Source: a virus (lineage: Duplodnaviria; Caudoviricetes). Taken from it: a stretch of DNA of 64,000 nt. The notes beneath the pieces were generated by a model that worked only from the letters and a program-made list of their open reading frames with translations, was not told the origin of the DNA and ran no database searches. The stretch spans positions 128,001 through 192,000 of the IMG/VR virus record IMGVR_UViG_3300021514_000002; one strand, given 5' to 3'. A program made the position numbers and the translations under genes. Shown here one piece after another: positions 21,141 to 31,480 of this stretch. Within the stretch, counting starts at the first letter, position 1; every line of letters starts with the position of its first letter.

Positions 21141-21655
21141 AACAATATTTATAGTAAAAACAACAACATGTACCTTTTGAAGTTCAAAAGTGTGTGCAAG
21201 AATTATTATTGTGGGAAATTATGGTAAACTATGGGACGATTGTGTGATGATAATGTGACGATGATGTGATGATTACTCTATTATCATAAGGTTTTACTTA
21301 TGACGATGATGTGATGATCGTGTGATGATTATGTGACGATTGTGTGATTTTGTGGATAAATTGTGGATAACTATTGTCCACTCTTAGACACTGTTTAATA
21401 ATAGTTGGGTATAGCTGCCCATGTAAGCGTCAAAGTCTTCATTTGACAGTTTTTCACAGTGGGAAACCATTTTCACCATTTTTAAAACTTCAATGATTTC
21501 AATAGGTTAACTAACTTTGTACCCGTTCGCGACTCACTTTTTAAAACTGTGGAAATCGTATAAAATCGTGTAACTATTGACAATGGTTAAAAATGGTGTT
21601 ACACTGTAAAGGACTGTGTCCGAAGGACGCAGGTGCGCTTCGCGTGACTGTCTCT
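21141..21655. repeat. Non-coding region with TGTGA-rich repeats, two DnaA boxes and an IHF-like site (origin-like)
   Basis: No ORF; TGTGGATAA at 21351-21359 and 21362-21370; TTTCAATAGGTTA at 21497-21509. Confidence 0.6.
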
Positions 21656-22673
21656 TTAAAAATATATTTTTGTATCTTTAGGTTTCTTCACTGCGATTGT
21701 ATTATCTAATACGCCATTGATATATGTCATCCCAGTCATTGTGGTTGATGTCGACATCAAAGCTTCGGTGCCTAAACGTTTATCCGTGAAATCTTTATTA
21801 ATAAAATCCTTTATCTTTTCATCAGGGGAATGGTGCCGTGTCGCCCTGACTAATTCTTTACCTAATGTTAAGGTACGTTTCAACAGATTGACATTGCTAC
21901 ATTCAGAATAGAACAATGCTTTGGATTCCTGAATATATTCAACGCATGTCATAACTTCTGCAGTTAAGGTTACCTGCTTCTCTGCCCATTCATCTGCTTT
22001 CCATTCATGGGCGTGTGACGTTTGTGTGATGACTAATAATACTATTACTATTACGAATAAACATTTCATGATTGTCTCCAATATTGTATGCATGATATTT
22101 AAATTATTTATTCACACGATATCGCTGTTAAGGCGAATCCTCCACGTGCCGCATACCCTAGATAACATTGGCTGTCAAAATCAAATTTGATATAAATGGG
22201 TTGGACGCCCCATCTAGTAAGTGTAGCCCGTGTTGAAATGATTTCCGTTATGTCGGCACCCTGTGGAACATTCCGTAATGCCTGTTTGTAATGTGGTGAT
22301 AGTAGGATTTCTGGTTTATCAGCTGCATGAGCCTGATTAATAACATTTGATGTTGCCATTAATATGGCTAACCATAAGGCGAAAAGTATTTTCATTAGGG
22401 ATTTCCTTTAGTTGGGCAGTTAATATTAGCGGATGTTCCTTGTTTATGAAAGCGGCTTTGAAGGAAACATTGTCCCCTGAATTTAAATATTATATAGGCT
22501 AAGCTGGGGTTTTTAGTTGGTACCCATTCAATGATTGTAGCACCCTGTGGCAATACTTGTTCGGTATATCTATCAACCACTTCTTTCTGACTTTTAGGCA
22601 TGTCACTTTGTGCCATTAGACTGACAAGTAAAATGCCGAAGAGTATTATTAAAACAATATGTAATAATTTCAT
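21656..22673 (-). other. Three small exported or membrane-anchored hypothetical CDS (21656-22093, 22108-22395, 22395-22673)
   Basis: Each has an N-terminal signal-peptide-like hydrophobic segment (e.g. MKILFALWLAILMA..AHA). Confidence 0.7.
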
Positions 22674-22681
22674 AAAATCTC

Positions 22682-23143
22682 CTATGAGTTAGTAAGCACT
22701 GGATGTTCACAGTTTTCAAGTGCCCAGTCTGTCCAATACTTTAACCACTGGATACGTGCCCAAGCGCCGCCTAGTTCTGTGTCAAAAATATCAGCATCTG
22801 GGTCCAGAGTTTTGGCTTGCATTTTTAAGCGATTGTAAGCAGTGTCAATGGCTTCCTTGAATTCCTTATTAATAGGGAACGCACCAGGATGCCCACCACG
22901 GATGTTACCAGAAGAGCCGTCCTCAACCATATAATACATTGCGTGCAAGATCTTAGCATACTTACAGAATTCGTACCAGCTGGTATATGATGGCCAACGT
23001 TCATTTGTATAGTCCGTAGGTTCCCCAAATGCGGGAGCATCGTCCATACGAACACCTGCTGCAGTAATGCGACAATATGCTTCTAAGCCGTCTTCTACAT
23101 ATGATTCAATATTAGCTTCGCCAATCGTTAATGTGTAACCCAT
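22682..23143 (-). CDS. Hypothetical protein (153 aa)
   Basis: GGAG RBS; follows promoter repeat 23156-23190. Confidence 0.7.
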   Translation of the reverse strand: MGYTLTIGEANIESYVEDGLEAYCRITAAGVRMDDAPAFGEPTDYTNERWPSYTSWYEFCKYAKILHAMYYMVEDGSSGNIRGGHPGAFPINKEFKEAIDTAYNRLKMQAKTLDPDADIFDTELGGAWARIQWLKYWTDWALENCEHPVLTNS

Positions 23144-23230
23144 TTAATTCTCCAGTGTTAATAAGCATTTATTATATAACAATAGGTTACGATTGTCAAT
23201 GGTGATTTACATTAGTAGAAGATTTTTCTA

Positions 23231-23737
23231 TTATAATTTACATGGAACACCATTACAAGTATCAACACCTTCCGCATCACATTGGACAAATTCACTCGTG
23301 TGGCCAGCGTTTGCATTATACATATACAAAAGATGATGCACGAATTCATGTCGTAGCGTTTCCCTGTCCGAATGACAATTGCGAGGGATAAGGTCAGTAT
23401 CAGTATTGATAAAGATTGTGTCAGGCTGCGTCGTGATGCCGCTGGCCATGAAAACTCCCCAGCCACCAAACTGGCCATTGTAGTCTTCCTTAAAACTAAT
23501 GTACTTAATTGTTGGACCAGTACCAGATAGGCTTAAACAAGATTCTACACTTTTGTAAACGCTTTCCATTTCACCAAATGTGATAAAAGCTTCGCTTGTT
23601 GGCGTTAGTGTCAACCCTGTACTACCAACCATGCCATTTGTATAATTGTGTTTGGTATCGCAACCAGGATATTCGGGTTCTTCACAGCCAATAAGTAACA
23701 TAATAGGTAATAATAACAATAGCGATAAATGCTTCAT
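23231..23737 (-). CDS. Lipoprotein with HEXXH zinc metallopeptidase motif
   Basis: Lipobox LLIGC; RHEFVHHLL. Confidence 0.65.
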   Translation of the reverse strand: MKHLSLLLLLPIMLLIGCEEPEYPGCDTKHNYTNGMVGSTGLTLTPTSEAFITFGEMESVYKSVESCLSLSGTGPTIKYISFKEDYNGQFGGWGVFMASGITTQPDTIFINTDTDLIPRNCHSDRETLRHEFVHHLLYMYNANAGHTSEFVQCDAEGVDTCNGVPCKL

Positions 23738-23838
23738 ACTTTACTCCCGTTGTAATATTTGGATTTAAAAATGTATGTTAATAAGCATTTATTATATAAC
23801 AATAGGTTACAAAAGTCAAGAATGTTATGGCAGACACA

Positions 23839-23866
23839 AAAAAGCCGCTTAAAGAAGCGGCTTTTT
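23839..23866. terminator. Intrinsic (bidirectional-type) terminator
   Basis: AAAAAGCCGCTT-AAAG-AAGCGGCTTTTT downstream of the OMP gene. Confidence 0.85.
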
Positions 23867-23887
23867 AATATTAAAATATTCTTTATA

Positions 23888-24391
23888 TTAGAAAGAGTAT
23901 TTTGCACCAAGGTTTACAGTGTCAAGATCGAAATCTGAAACACCAACAGTAACTTCGCGGCGTGTATATCCAACAGTAACATCAAGATTATCTGTAACAC
24001 CAAGAGCTAAACCTGCACCATATGCAAGACCAGTATCATATATTGCCCCGCCGCAACAAGCGAACTTATTGCGTGCATAACCAACACGGCCAGTTACTTT
24101 AAGAGGCATACTAGCAATAGTAGCAACGGTAGGATCAACTACAGCCCATACAGCAGCAGACTGTGCAGTAACACCGTCTTCTTTACCAATATAGTCATAA
24201 GTTACTTCTGCAGCAAGCCAAGAAGTGACATCATAACCAACACCAACACCACCACCGTTAACGCTACCGCTTTCGTTGTTGATATGGGTATTAGCAACAT
24301 TACCTGTTACATAAAAGTCAGACGCCGAAGCAGTACTAACCATACTAACCATTGCGATTACTGTTAAGACGATTCCAAAAATTTTCTTCAT
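23888..24391 (-). CDS. Outer-membrane beta-barrel protein (OmpA/Ail-like, 8-stranded)
   Basis: Signal peptide ..ASA, amphipathic strands GVGVGY, YGAGL, C-terminal LGAKYSF. Confidence 0.85.
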   Translation of the reverse strand: MKKIFGIVLTVIAMVSMVSTASASDFYVTGNVANTHINNESGSVNGGGVGVGYDVTSWLAAEVTYDYIGKEDGVTAQSAAVWAVVDPTVATIASMPLKVTGRVGYARNKFACCGGAIYDTGLAYGAGLALGVTDNLDVTVGYTRREVTVGVSDFDLDTVNLGAKYSF

Positions 24392-24683
24392 TTGTTATTC
24401 TCCATTGATTTAAAAGTTTTATTTATCACCACAATAACGTATATTGTAATGTGATTATGTATACTACACGAATAATCTTGGGTTGTCAAGGGGGATGTGA
24501 TAATAATGTGACGATTGTGTGATGATATAGGGGTGTGATGATTATGTGATCATTGTGTGATCATTGTGTGATTGGGATAACTGCATTATCGGACGATAAC
24601 GGGAGCATGTTATCATCCTGCAGGTTGCTGTTCTAATCATAGAACCCCTAGTAACTATGTTATTCAATAGGGACAGTGTTACA

Positions 24684-24737
24684 CAGTTGTCAACAGTTGT
24701 CAACAGTTGTCAACAGTTGTCAACAGTTGTCAACAGT
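24684..24737. repeat. Tandem 10-mer (CAGTTGTCAA) x5
   Basis: Five exact units plus partial; reverse complement TTGACAACTG. Confidence 0.95.
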
Positions 24738-25071
24738 GGAAGACAGTTTTTAATGGTGACCATTATAATGAGCATAACACCCCCTTGTGCCTATTATAAT
24801 AGTCATTATGGTCTACGTGTGAACCATAAGACATCCTTATGTACCGTGTGTAGACCATTTGAAACTGTGGAGAACTGTGGAGAACTGTCTTCCACTGTCT
24901 TCCACTGTTACCATAATAATGGTATATTAGTCAGTTATTGTATTAGAATACTATAATAATGGTATATTAGAATATTACCATATACTGATATATGCACCCA
25001 GGGTTGACGTGCCCCCATTATAGTATAACACATATAGAAAGCTTGTCAAGTCTTTTTTTCATCTTTTTGCC

Positions 25072-25151
25072 TGTGGATAACCTGTGGATAACTTATCGAC
25101 CGCCCAGGGTGGGCGTACTATTATTATAACAAATTAGGTTACAAAAGTCAA
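25072..25151 (-). promoter_or_regulatory. Promoter plus conserved element with two DnaA boxes (copy 1)
   Basis: TTGACT-17-TATAAT then CCCTGGGCGGTCGATAAG-TTATCCACA-GG-TTATCCACA. Confidence 0.75.
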
Positions 25152-25327
25152 GCTTTATTTCATTTATTTCTAAAGTATTCTGAAATGTTTTGGGGGAGTT
25201 TATTTAATAGGTATGTAAGCGATACGATCATGAACAATGCATATGTAGTCCCAGACAGTATTGCCCAGCCTATGCTATCTGGTAATAGGTGGATTAATAC
25301 TTCTACTACAACGAAGTACACATGGCA

Positions 25328-25558
25328 TCAGGTATCTGCCCAATGTATCTGTATTGAATTACTTTGACCAAAGCCTTCGTAGCCGTCTTCTATACACGCT
25401 TGGATATCAGCGGGGGTATAGTCTTCAAAGTTAGATAGTCGGTCTGACATCGCATCTATGAAAGCCCGTTCAGCAAGTACTACGTCATCGCGTGTAAACC
25501 TTTGAAGGCTTTCAACCATCTCACCTATAATTACTATTACGTATACATAATTACTCAT
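25328..25558 (-). CDS. Hypothetical protein (76 aa)
   Basis: GGAG RBS; early-region ORF. Confidence 0.6.
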   Translation of the reverse strand: MSNYVYVIVIIGEMVESLQRFTRDDVVLAERAFIDAMSDRLSNFEDYTPADIQACIEDGYEGFGQSNSIQIHWADT

Positions 25559-25592
25559 AATTCTACTCCCATACCTCGAAGGCGATCTTTAG

Positions 25593-26078
25593 TTAAATAT
25601 GTTTCCAATTATTCCTATTAACGACCATTTTAATAGCACTTCTACTAACACTATATTCTGTCCCTAGTTCTTCTTGTGTATAATTTCCAGTTGAATATTT
25701 TTCACGTATTTCAAGTACTTCGTATTCATTTAATATTCTTTGTGGGTTTATTTCCCCTTTGTTACTTCCACCCATTGCACGACCTTTGTTTACTTTGTCA
25801 TTGACATTGTCAGCATGGGTGCCAAGCCATAAATGCTCTGGATTAATACAACATGGATTATCGCAAGAGTGGCATACAATTAACCCATTAGGTATTTTAG
25901 ATTCATTATAAAGTTCATAAGCAATCCGATGTACTCGTGTTGTCTTATTATTTAAACTCATGATCGCGTAACCAGCCTCGTTTTTATAGGCTTGCCATTC
26001 CCAACACCCAGTATCTTGAACTGTAATAATATTTTTTTCAAGTCTTTCTTGTAATGACCATTCTCTGTTATATACCAA
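25593..26078 (-). CDS. HNH homing endonuclease (HNH_3-like)
   Basis: CWEW..GY..VHRIAY..VCHSCDNPCCINPEHLWLGTHADN. Confidence 0.9.
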   Translation of the reverse strand: MVYNREWSLQERLEKNIITVQDTGCWEWQAYKNEAGYAIMSLNNKTTRVHRIAYELYNESKIPNGLIVCHSCDNPCCINPEHLWLGTHADNVNDKVNKGRAMGGSNKGEINPQRILNEYEVLEIREKYSTGNYTQEELGTEYSVSRSAIKMVVNRNNWKHI

Positions 26079-26150
26079 TGTTGTTTCCTTATAAAAGTGG
26101 GGACATTATTACATGCCCCCAGTATCATGTCAAGAACTTTTGTAACCTAA

Positions 26151-26888
26151 TTATTCAGTGAAGTCTACCATTTCATAAGTTTCAATAAACTCATTGATGT
26201 TTGCTTCCATGTAGTTACAGATGCGATCTGTTATTAATTCATCACCGTGACTACTTTTACGAATTTCATCAATGACAGCAACAATAGCATCGTGGGACAT
26301 TGTTTCATCTTCGTCACTGGGTTCTAGATCTGCAAGAAAGCAGTCATAGCTTGGCAAGCCATCCAATGAATAAGTTGTTACCAGACCAACAGCTGAATAA
26401 CCATTGTCACCAATGTCATTGCCGAAGCGTGAGCCTTCTGGTAGCTTTCTTTGTCCGAATCCACTGTATACTTCGAGGGTGTTTTTATCAAGGTCTACAA
26501 CGTACGCCCATTCGCAGAATAGTCCATCTGTCGCAAATTCAATTTGATCGGCAAGTTGAACAGGTTCAGTAGCGTCTTGAATAAATTCCAAAATAGCACC
26601 ACCCATATCACGAGAAAGTTGCGGATGTACTTTATTGAATTTTTTAGAAACCTCCATGGTTACCATGTCACTATCGTCAGCACCAAACTCTTTCCATAAT
26701 GCCTTCTGTTCCTCGGTTGTAATGAAGAATGATTGTTTCAAGTTTTCAATAAACTTTTCTTTGTCCATTCTTTTCAAGAATTCTAAAATGATTTTGCCTT
26801 GACCAGACGGATAGCCGTCCCATTGGCCGTACTGTGCTACACGGTATTCGCCATTCAGCATGACGCATGTTAAATTACGTGTCCCCAT
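26151..26888 (-). CDS. Conserved phage hypothetical protein
   Basis: MGTRNLT..YGQWDGYP motif, CEWAYVVDLD. Confidence 0.75.
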   Translation of the reverse strand: MGTRNLTCVMLNGEYRVAQYGQWDGYPSGQGKIILEFLKRMDKEKFIENLKQSFFITTEEQKALWKEFGADDSDMVTMEVSKKFNKVHPQLSRDMGGAILEFIQDATEPVQLADQIEFATDGLFCEWAYVVDLDKNTLEVYSGFGQRKLPEGSRFGNDIGDNGYSAVGLVTTYSLDGLPSYDCFLADLEPSDEDETMSHDAIVAVIDEIRKSSHGDELITDRICNYMEANINEFIETYEMVDFTE

Positions 26889-26959
26889 AATTCTTACCTT
26901 TAAGTTTGTTTAAGTATAAAGAATTGTACCCCAATTAAGGGGTACAGTCAAGCAATAGA

Positions 26960-27559
26960 TTAACGAAGCCAGTATTCAACGCCATCAAAATCAACGCTGG
27001 TATAATCCATTTGGATGTCACTTGCAACGCCTTCCCAATCGATATTGTTTTCAATATAACTGGGAATGTCTTGTGGTAAGTCGCCTATGTCTTGAATTAA
27101 ATCTTTGGCGTATTCTTCAAAGTAGGAATCACGGATCAATGCCGTACCATATTCCCAATCAGGGGCATAACCTTCAGCATCTTCTGCTAATGATTTAATA
27201 GGTTCCAGTTCTTCATTGGCTTCTGCAATGTCGTTTTCAATCGTAGTGATATTATCTTCAAGTTCTTGAATTTCAGAACGAAGTGAATCAACCGCGTTTT
27301 CAATTTCAGCAATTTCATCAGCGTCGTCTTCATCGTCAAGTTCCTGCGACTTATCTTCGAGCTCATCAATCTCAGCTTCTTTGTCTTCAATTTCAATACG
27401 ATGGTCGTTGGTGTCTTCTTCCCAACCACTAATATCTGATTCAAGTTCATCAATACGTGCAATGACATCGCGCGAATCAATGATGTCTTCTGAATTGTCT
27501 ACTTCGTTTGCCATGATATTATTTCCTATATTTGTTAACGATAAGTAATTATAACCCAT
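26960..27559 (-). CDS. Highly acidic coiled-coil protein with ArdA-like C-terminus (possible anti-restriction DNA mimic)
   Basis: Very Asp/Glu-rich; LPQDIPSYIENNIDWEGVASD resembles the ArdA YIDYEAYxRD tail. Confidence 0.45.
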   Translation of the reverse strand: MGYNYLSLTNIGNNIMANEVDNSEDIIDSRDVIARIDELESDISGWEEDTNDHRIEIEDKEAEIDELEDKSQELDDEDDADEIAEIENAVDSLRSEIQELEDNITTIENDIAEANEELEPIKSLAEDAEGYAPDWEYGTALIRDSYFEEYAKDLIQDIGDLPQDIPSYIENNIDWEGVASDIQMDYTSVDFDGVEYWLR

Positions 27560-27579
27560 CCTTGGGTAACTGTCAAATA

Positions 27580-28296
27580 TTAATTCTTAGAAAACTTAAT
27601 AAATTCATCAATATTTTCTTTAGCAAAGAGTATGATTTCGTTAATAATAGTGTCGGGGGTATCTAACTTATCCTTAGCGCAATCAATCATATCAATAACA
27701 TCTTGACGTTCTTCGTCTTCATCTTCGTCAAAGTTATAGCCCATTATATCTTCGGCGAATCGTTTCCATTGTTCATCATCGTTGCTTAACATGTTTTCAA
27801 CTTCACCATTTGCAATGATGATGTTACCAGAGAAGTAACCACCTTCTTCAACTACGTCAATTTCAAATTCCAAAGTTGGATATAGTTCTGCCAACTTTTC
27901 AAAAATTGGATCGGGTGTTGACCATGCAGTTTGGAAAGCAAAACAATTTTCACAATGATCAGCAGGGCTATAATCATAAGCACCCCACTTAGTACCTTGA
28001 TTAGTAACTTTCCAATCATACCAGTTATCGTGACCATAGGATTCGATCAAGCGTTTAGACTTCTTTTCCCATGCTTTATATTCTACACTGTCAGGTGAAG
28101 CTTCTTTACCATCTACCCGTGGTGGGCTGTTGGGCGCGCGCGTGCCAGCCAGCTCTGCAGGGAATGGAATAATTGTATCGAATTCAAAACAGTCCTTACC
28201 ATTTTCGCCTTTGGCGGTAACGTGATTATCGAAAAACTTTTTAACTTCTGCATCTGTGCCATTGACAGACATAATATGGTAGACATGATTTGGCAT
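27580..28296 (-). CDS. DUF1281/YubB ferredoxin-like domain protein
   Basis: MPNH.., WYDW....GTKW, FQTAWSTP..IFEKLAELYPTLEF. Confidence 0.7.
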   Translation of the reverse strand: MPNHVYHIMSVNGTDAEVKKFFDNHVTAKGENGKDCFEFDTIIPFPAELAGTRAPNSPPRVDGKEASPDSVEYKAWEKKSKRLIESYGHDNWYDWKVTNQGTKWGAYDYSPADHCENCFAFQTAWSTPDPIFEKLAELYPTLEFEIDVVEEGGYFSGNIIIANGEVENMLSNDDEQWKRFAEDIMGYNFDEDEDEERQDVIDMIDCAKDKLDTPDTIINEIILFAKENIDEFIKFSKN

Positions 28297-29496
28297 AATT
28301 TTTACCTTTAAATTTGGTTGTGATGATTATGTGATTGTAACCTAATTGTGATAGGTTGTCAATAACTAATATTCAGCAGGTGTTACGTCCATTGGACGAT
28401 CAGTCAATTTACGAGCCTTACTATAAATGTCACGGATAGATACACTCTCGCGCTCGCCCTTACTGTTAATAGCTTCGGCAAAACCAATAATGTAACGCAA
28501 TTTTTCTGCCCCTGATTCCATAAAGATCGCAACCTCGCCATCTATTAAATGTTCAGATACTATTAACGGTAAATCTATTTCAGTTTCATTGTCATCTTCT
28601 TCATCATATGAATATGTAGGCCATCCAGCACCATCAGCATCATTGCCGAGAATAACAAAACCATCATCGTTATTTTGTTCAACCTCAATGCCGGGAATTT
28701 CTAACATTGCCGCTAAAAATGCTTCATCGTCTTTTACTTTGAAATAATTTGTTCTGCAATTTGCATGATAATTTGCCATGATATTTTCCTTGTGATGGTT
28801 ATGTGATTAGATAGATTCTACCATATCATTAATGATAGTATCAATTTGTTCAGTTGTCAAACCTTTAACAGGTACGCATCGTTCGTAAGATACTTCTAAG
28901 CCCTTGTCGCGACCATATTCAAAGTCAAGGTTAGTACCAGCAAGGAATAAGATTTCGTCTCCACCTGATTCGTTACGGCCATTATCAGCAGAATAATACA
29001 TTGCCCGTAACTGATAAAAGAACGTACCGCCTTCGGTTAAATAATCGCTTTCTGTTTCACTTAACTCTTCGGCTAACTCACCCAGATCCATATCATATAA
29101 TGAATGATAATTAATGACATTAGGATTTGGATTCTTAATTTGTTCAATCAAGTAATAAAAACCAAGGCTTTCTGAATTTTTCTCACAAAAAGCTTCGAGG
29201 GCATCTTGTAAAGACTGTTCAATTACTTTATCGAGTTGGTTAGATACTTTTTCATTAGCTGACATATTACCAGAGCTAAATCCAGTATGTAAGTCTGTAG
29301 GTACGGTTAGATCAAAGCCACCGTTTGTAAATGGAATAAACCCATCATATCCTTTATGGTTAATGGGTTGTACTTGTGTATCAATACAACCACCATAATT
29401 TTCTGGTAGGTCATCCATCGCATCTTGAAACTTTGTTTCAATGTGTGATGATAATGTGACGGGTACATTCATGAGTTGCATATCTAATTACCTTTA

Positions 29497-29548
29497 TTTG
29501 TTGACGTTAGAGCTATTATTACATAACCCTATATCTTTGTCAATAACT
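29497..29548 (-). repeat. 52-bp promoter cassette repeated exactly at 32665-32716
   Basis: TTTGTTGACGTTAGAGCTATTATTACATAACCCTATATCTTTGTCAATAACT identical in both; variants near 30244 and 38715. Confidence 0.9.
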
Positions 29549-30684
29549 TAATTAAACATTTCAATTTGTTGTGGTGATTCTGTGATGTCATACTTTATAG
29601 CGGACTTAATTTCACTAATCATATGATCAGCATTGTATCCAAAATAGCCCCAGCAAGAATCGATGTCTTTTTCTTCACCAGCATCATCTTTAACGATACT
29701 AAAACCGTAAACTTCGCCAGTAAGATACTGGTCATATGTTTCAACTTCACCAGTAAGATGCGTTGCAACCTTTTTGCGCCATTTTAAAGAAACACGCTGA
29801 AGGCTATATTCTTTACGAATATCTTCATGAGATATATAGATATACCCTACGCGGCCAGAATCCCAGCCACATGAAAACCCGCCTGTGTTCATTGTGATAC
29901 CTGAATGATCATATAGGTACAATGGCAATACTACATATTTCTTATGTACAATTTCCCAACATTTATCGATTTGTTTATCGGTTAAATATTCATAACATTC
30001 TTCATCATACAATCCAGACAATTCATGTACCATTGCAATTGGGGTTTCAAAATCATGTTTGTCGCCAAGATTATAACGGTTATGAAAACAGACCATAGTG
30101 CCAAGGTTATCCCACTCACGCGGGCTTTCTGACATATCATCATGTTCGATCTTGATAGTATAATCCCCGAATTCAGTAGTTTCCATATAAGGAATGTGTA
30201 ATGCTTCGAGATTTAATGTATCGTGGTTCATGGTAATTACCTTTTGTTTGTTGACGTTAGGGCTATTATTACATAGCCCTGTTTGTTTGTCAATAACTAA
30301 TCGTGTTGTTTATCAATTTCATTTTGTAATTGATTAAGTAAACCAATTGTAGTAACTAAGCGATCAATAGCATCACTTGTATCTTTGCGACGTGCATGTA
30401 ACATAGTTTGTATTTCAATATCATCCTTTTCTGATAACATACGCACTTCATCGGCAGTAGTAACAACATCCTCTAATACTGTATCGTCTTGAAAATCGCA
30501 CTGCATTTCTAATGCGCGCATTAATGAGTTCACTTGTGATTGTGTGGTAAGAGCGAGCGTAATAGTTTTCATAGTCTTTACCTTTTGTTTATTGACAGTG
30601 GGCACATTATTACATAGCGGCATATCCTTGTCAACAATTAATTTGTATATTAGTATATCTGAATATTCTAATATACCTGCCCAT

Positions 30685-30768
30685 ATTTGCCAGTTCTATG
30701 TAGACTTTTCGCCTTCGGCTTTCCTTAGCTTCTGTAAACATTATAGCCCATCCTTGGGCTACTGTCAA
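30685..30768 (-). ncRNA. Candidate small RNA with own promoter (copy B; paralog at 42000-42110)
   Basis: Hairpin promoter followed by GTTTACAGAAGCTAAGGAAAGCCGAAGGCGAAAAGTCTACATAG; no ORF. Confidence 0.45.
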
Positions 30769-31480
30769 CAACTATTTCGTATAAGTTTCCATAATTATTT
30801 CAATACATTCTTTCTGCATACGTGGTGTTAATACATATTCCAATATCATAGCACTATCGATGATAGCGTCATACAGCGCACCTTCTGTTCGTGTTGGATC
30901 ATAGTCCCCAGCGTCAGCCATTTTCATTATATGTTCTGCCACTTCGTCTACAACACCTTCTGCACCAACTACATAACCATCGACACTGTTTATTTCCACA
31001 AATTGACATTTATCAATATGCCAACCATCAAGGTTATACATGATATGGTTTATCAGTTCATCATCCCGAAGAACGGTAGTACTTACATCCCATGCAGGAT
31101 AGTTCATAGGGGTATGTGCAATTTGTAGATACTTTCCGTTCTGTCCAATTTCTGCAAACAATACTACGCTTCCTTCTTCACTACTAAAGGCATTGTTGCC
31201 ACGTTCTGTAATATCTAAGTTCATAATGTTTCTCCAATATTATTGTAAGTATTTCTTTGCGTGATATGTTGCCATGCGTGCCTTGTTACGTACTGCACGC
31301 TCTTGTTCTCGTACACTTTCAGAAGAAGGTGCGTAAGTTAATTTGAATACCCATCGCGGGGATAAGAAAGCAATCCACGCGTTAAGTAAATGTAATGGTA
31401 AGTAATAGAATATTTTAATCATAAGTAATTGTAACCCAATGTGTTAGGGTTGTCAACAATTAATATGGATAAATATTATT

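Larger units (their letters stand above)
28366..31422 (-). other. Early-region hypothetical CDS, mostly with their own promoters (28366-28779, 28807-29481, 29548-30231, 30297-30623, 30772-31224, 31240-31422)
   Basis: Promoter/RBS units precede most ORFs; 29548-30231 has conserved phage motif LPLYLYDHSG. Confidence 0.75.

Noticed and set aside
24684-24737. Second CRISPR array
   Set aside because: Contiguous 10-mer tandem units without spacers
24657-24956. 99-aa ORF with QLSTVVNS repeats
   Set aside because: Artefact of reading through the 10-mer tandem repeat; no RBS
30685-30739. Hammerhead ribozyme (CTAAGGA..GCC-GAA-GGC..GAAA)
   Set aside because: The core is CUAAGGA rather than CUGANGA, there is no valid NUH site, and the paralog lacks the GAAA
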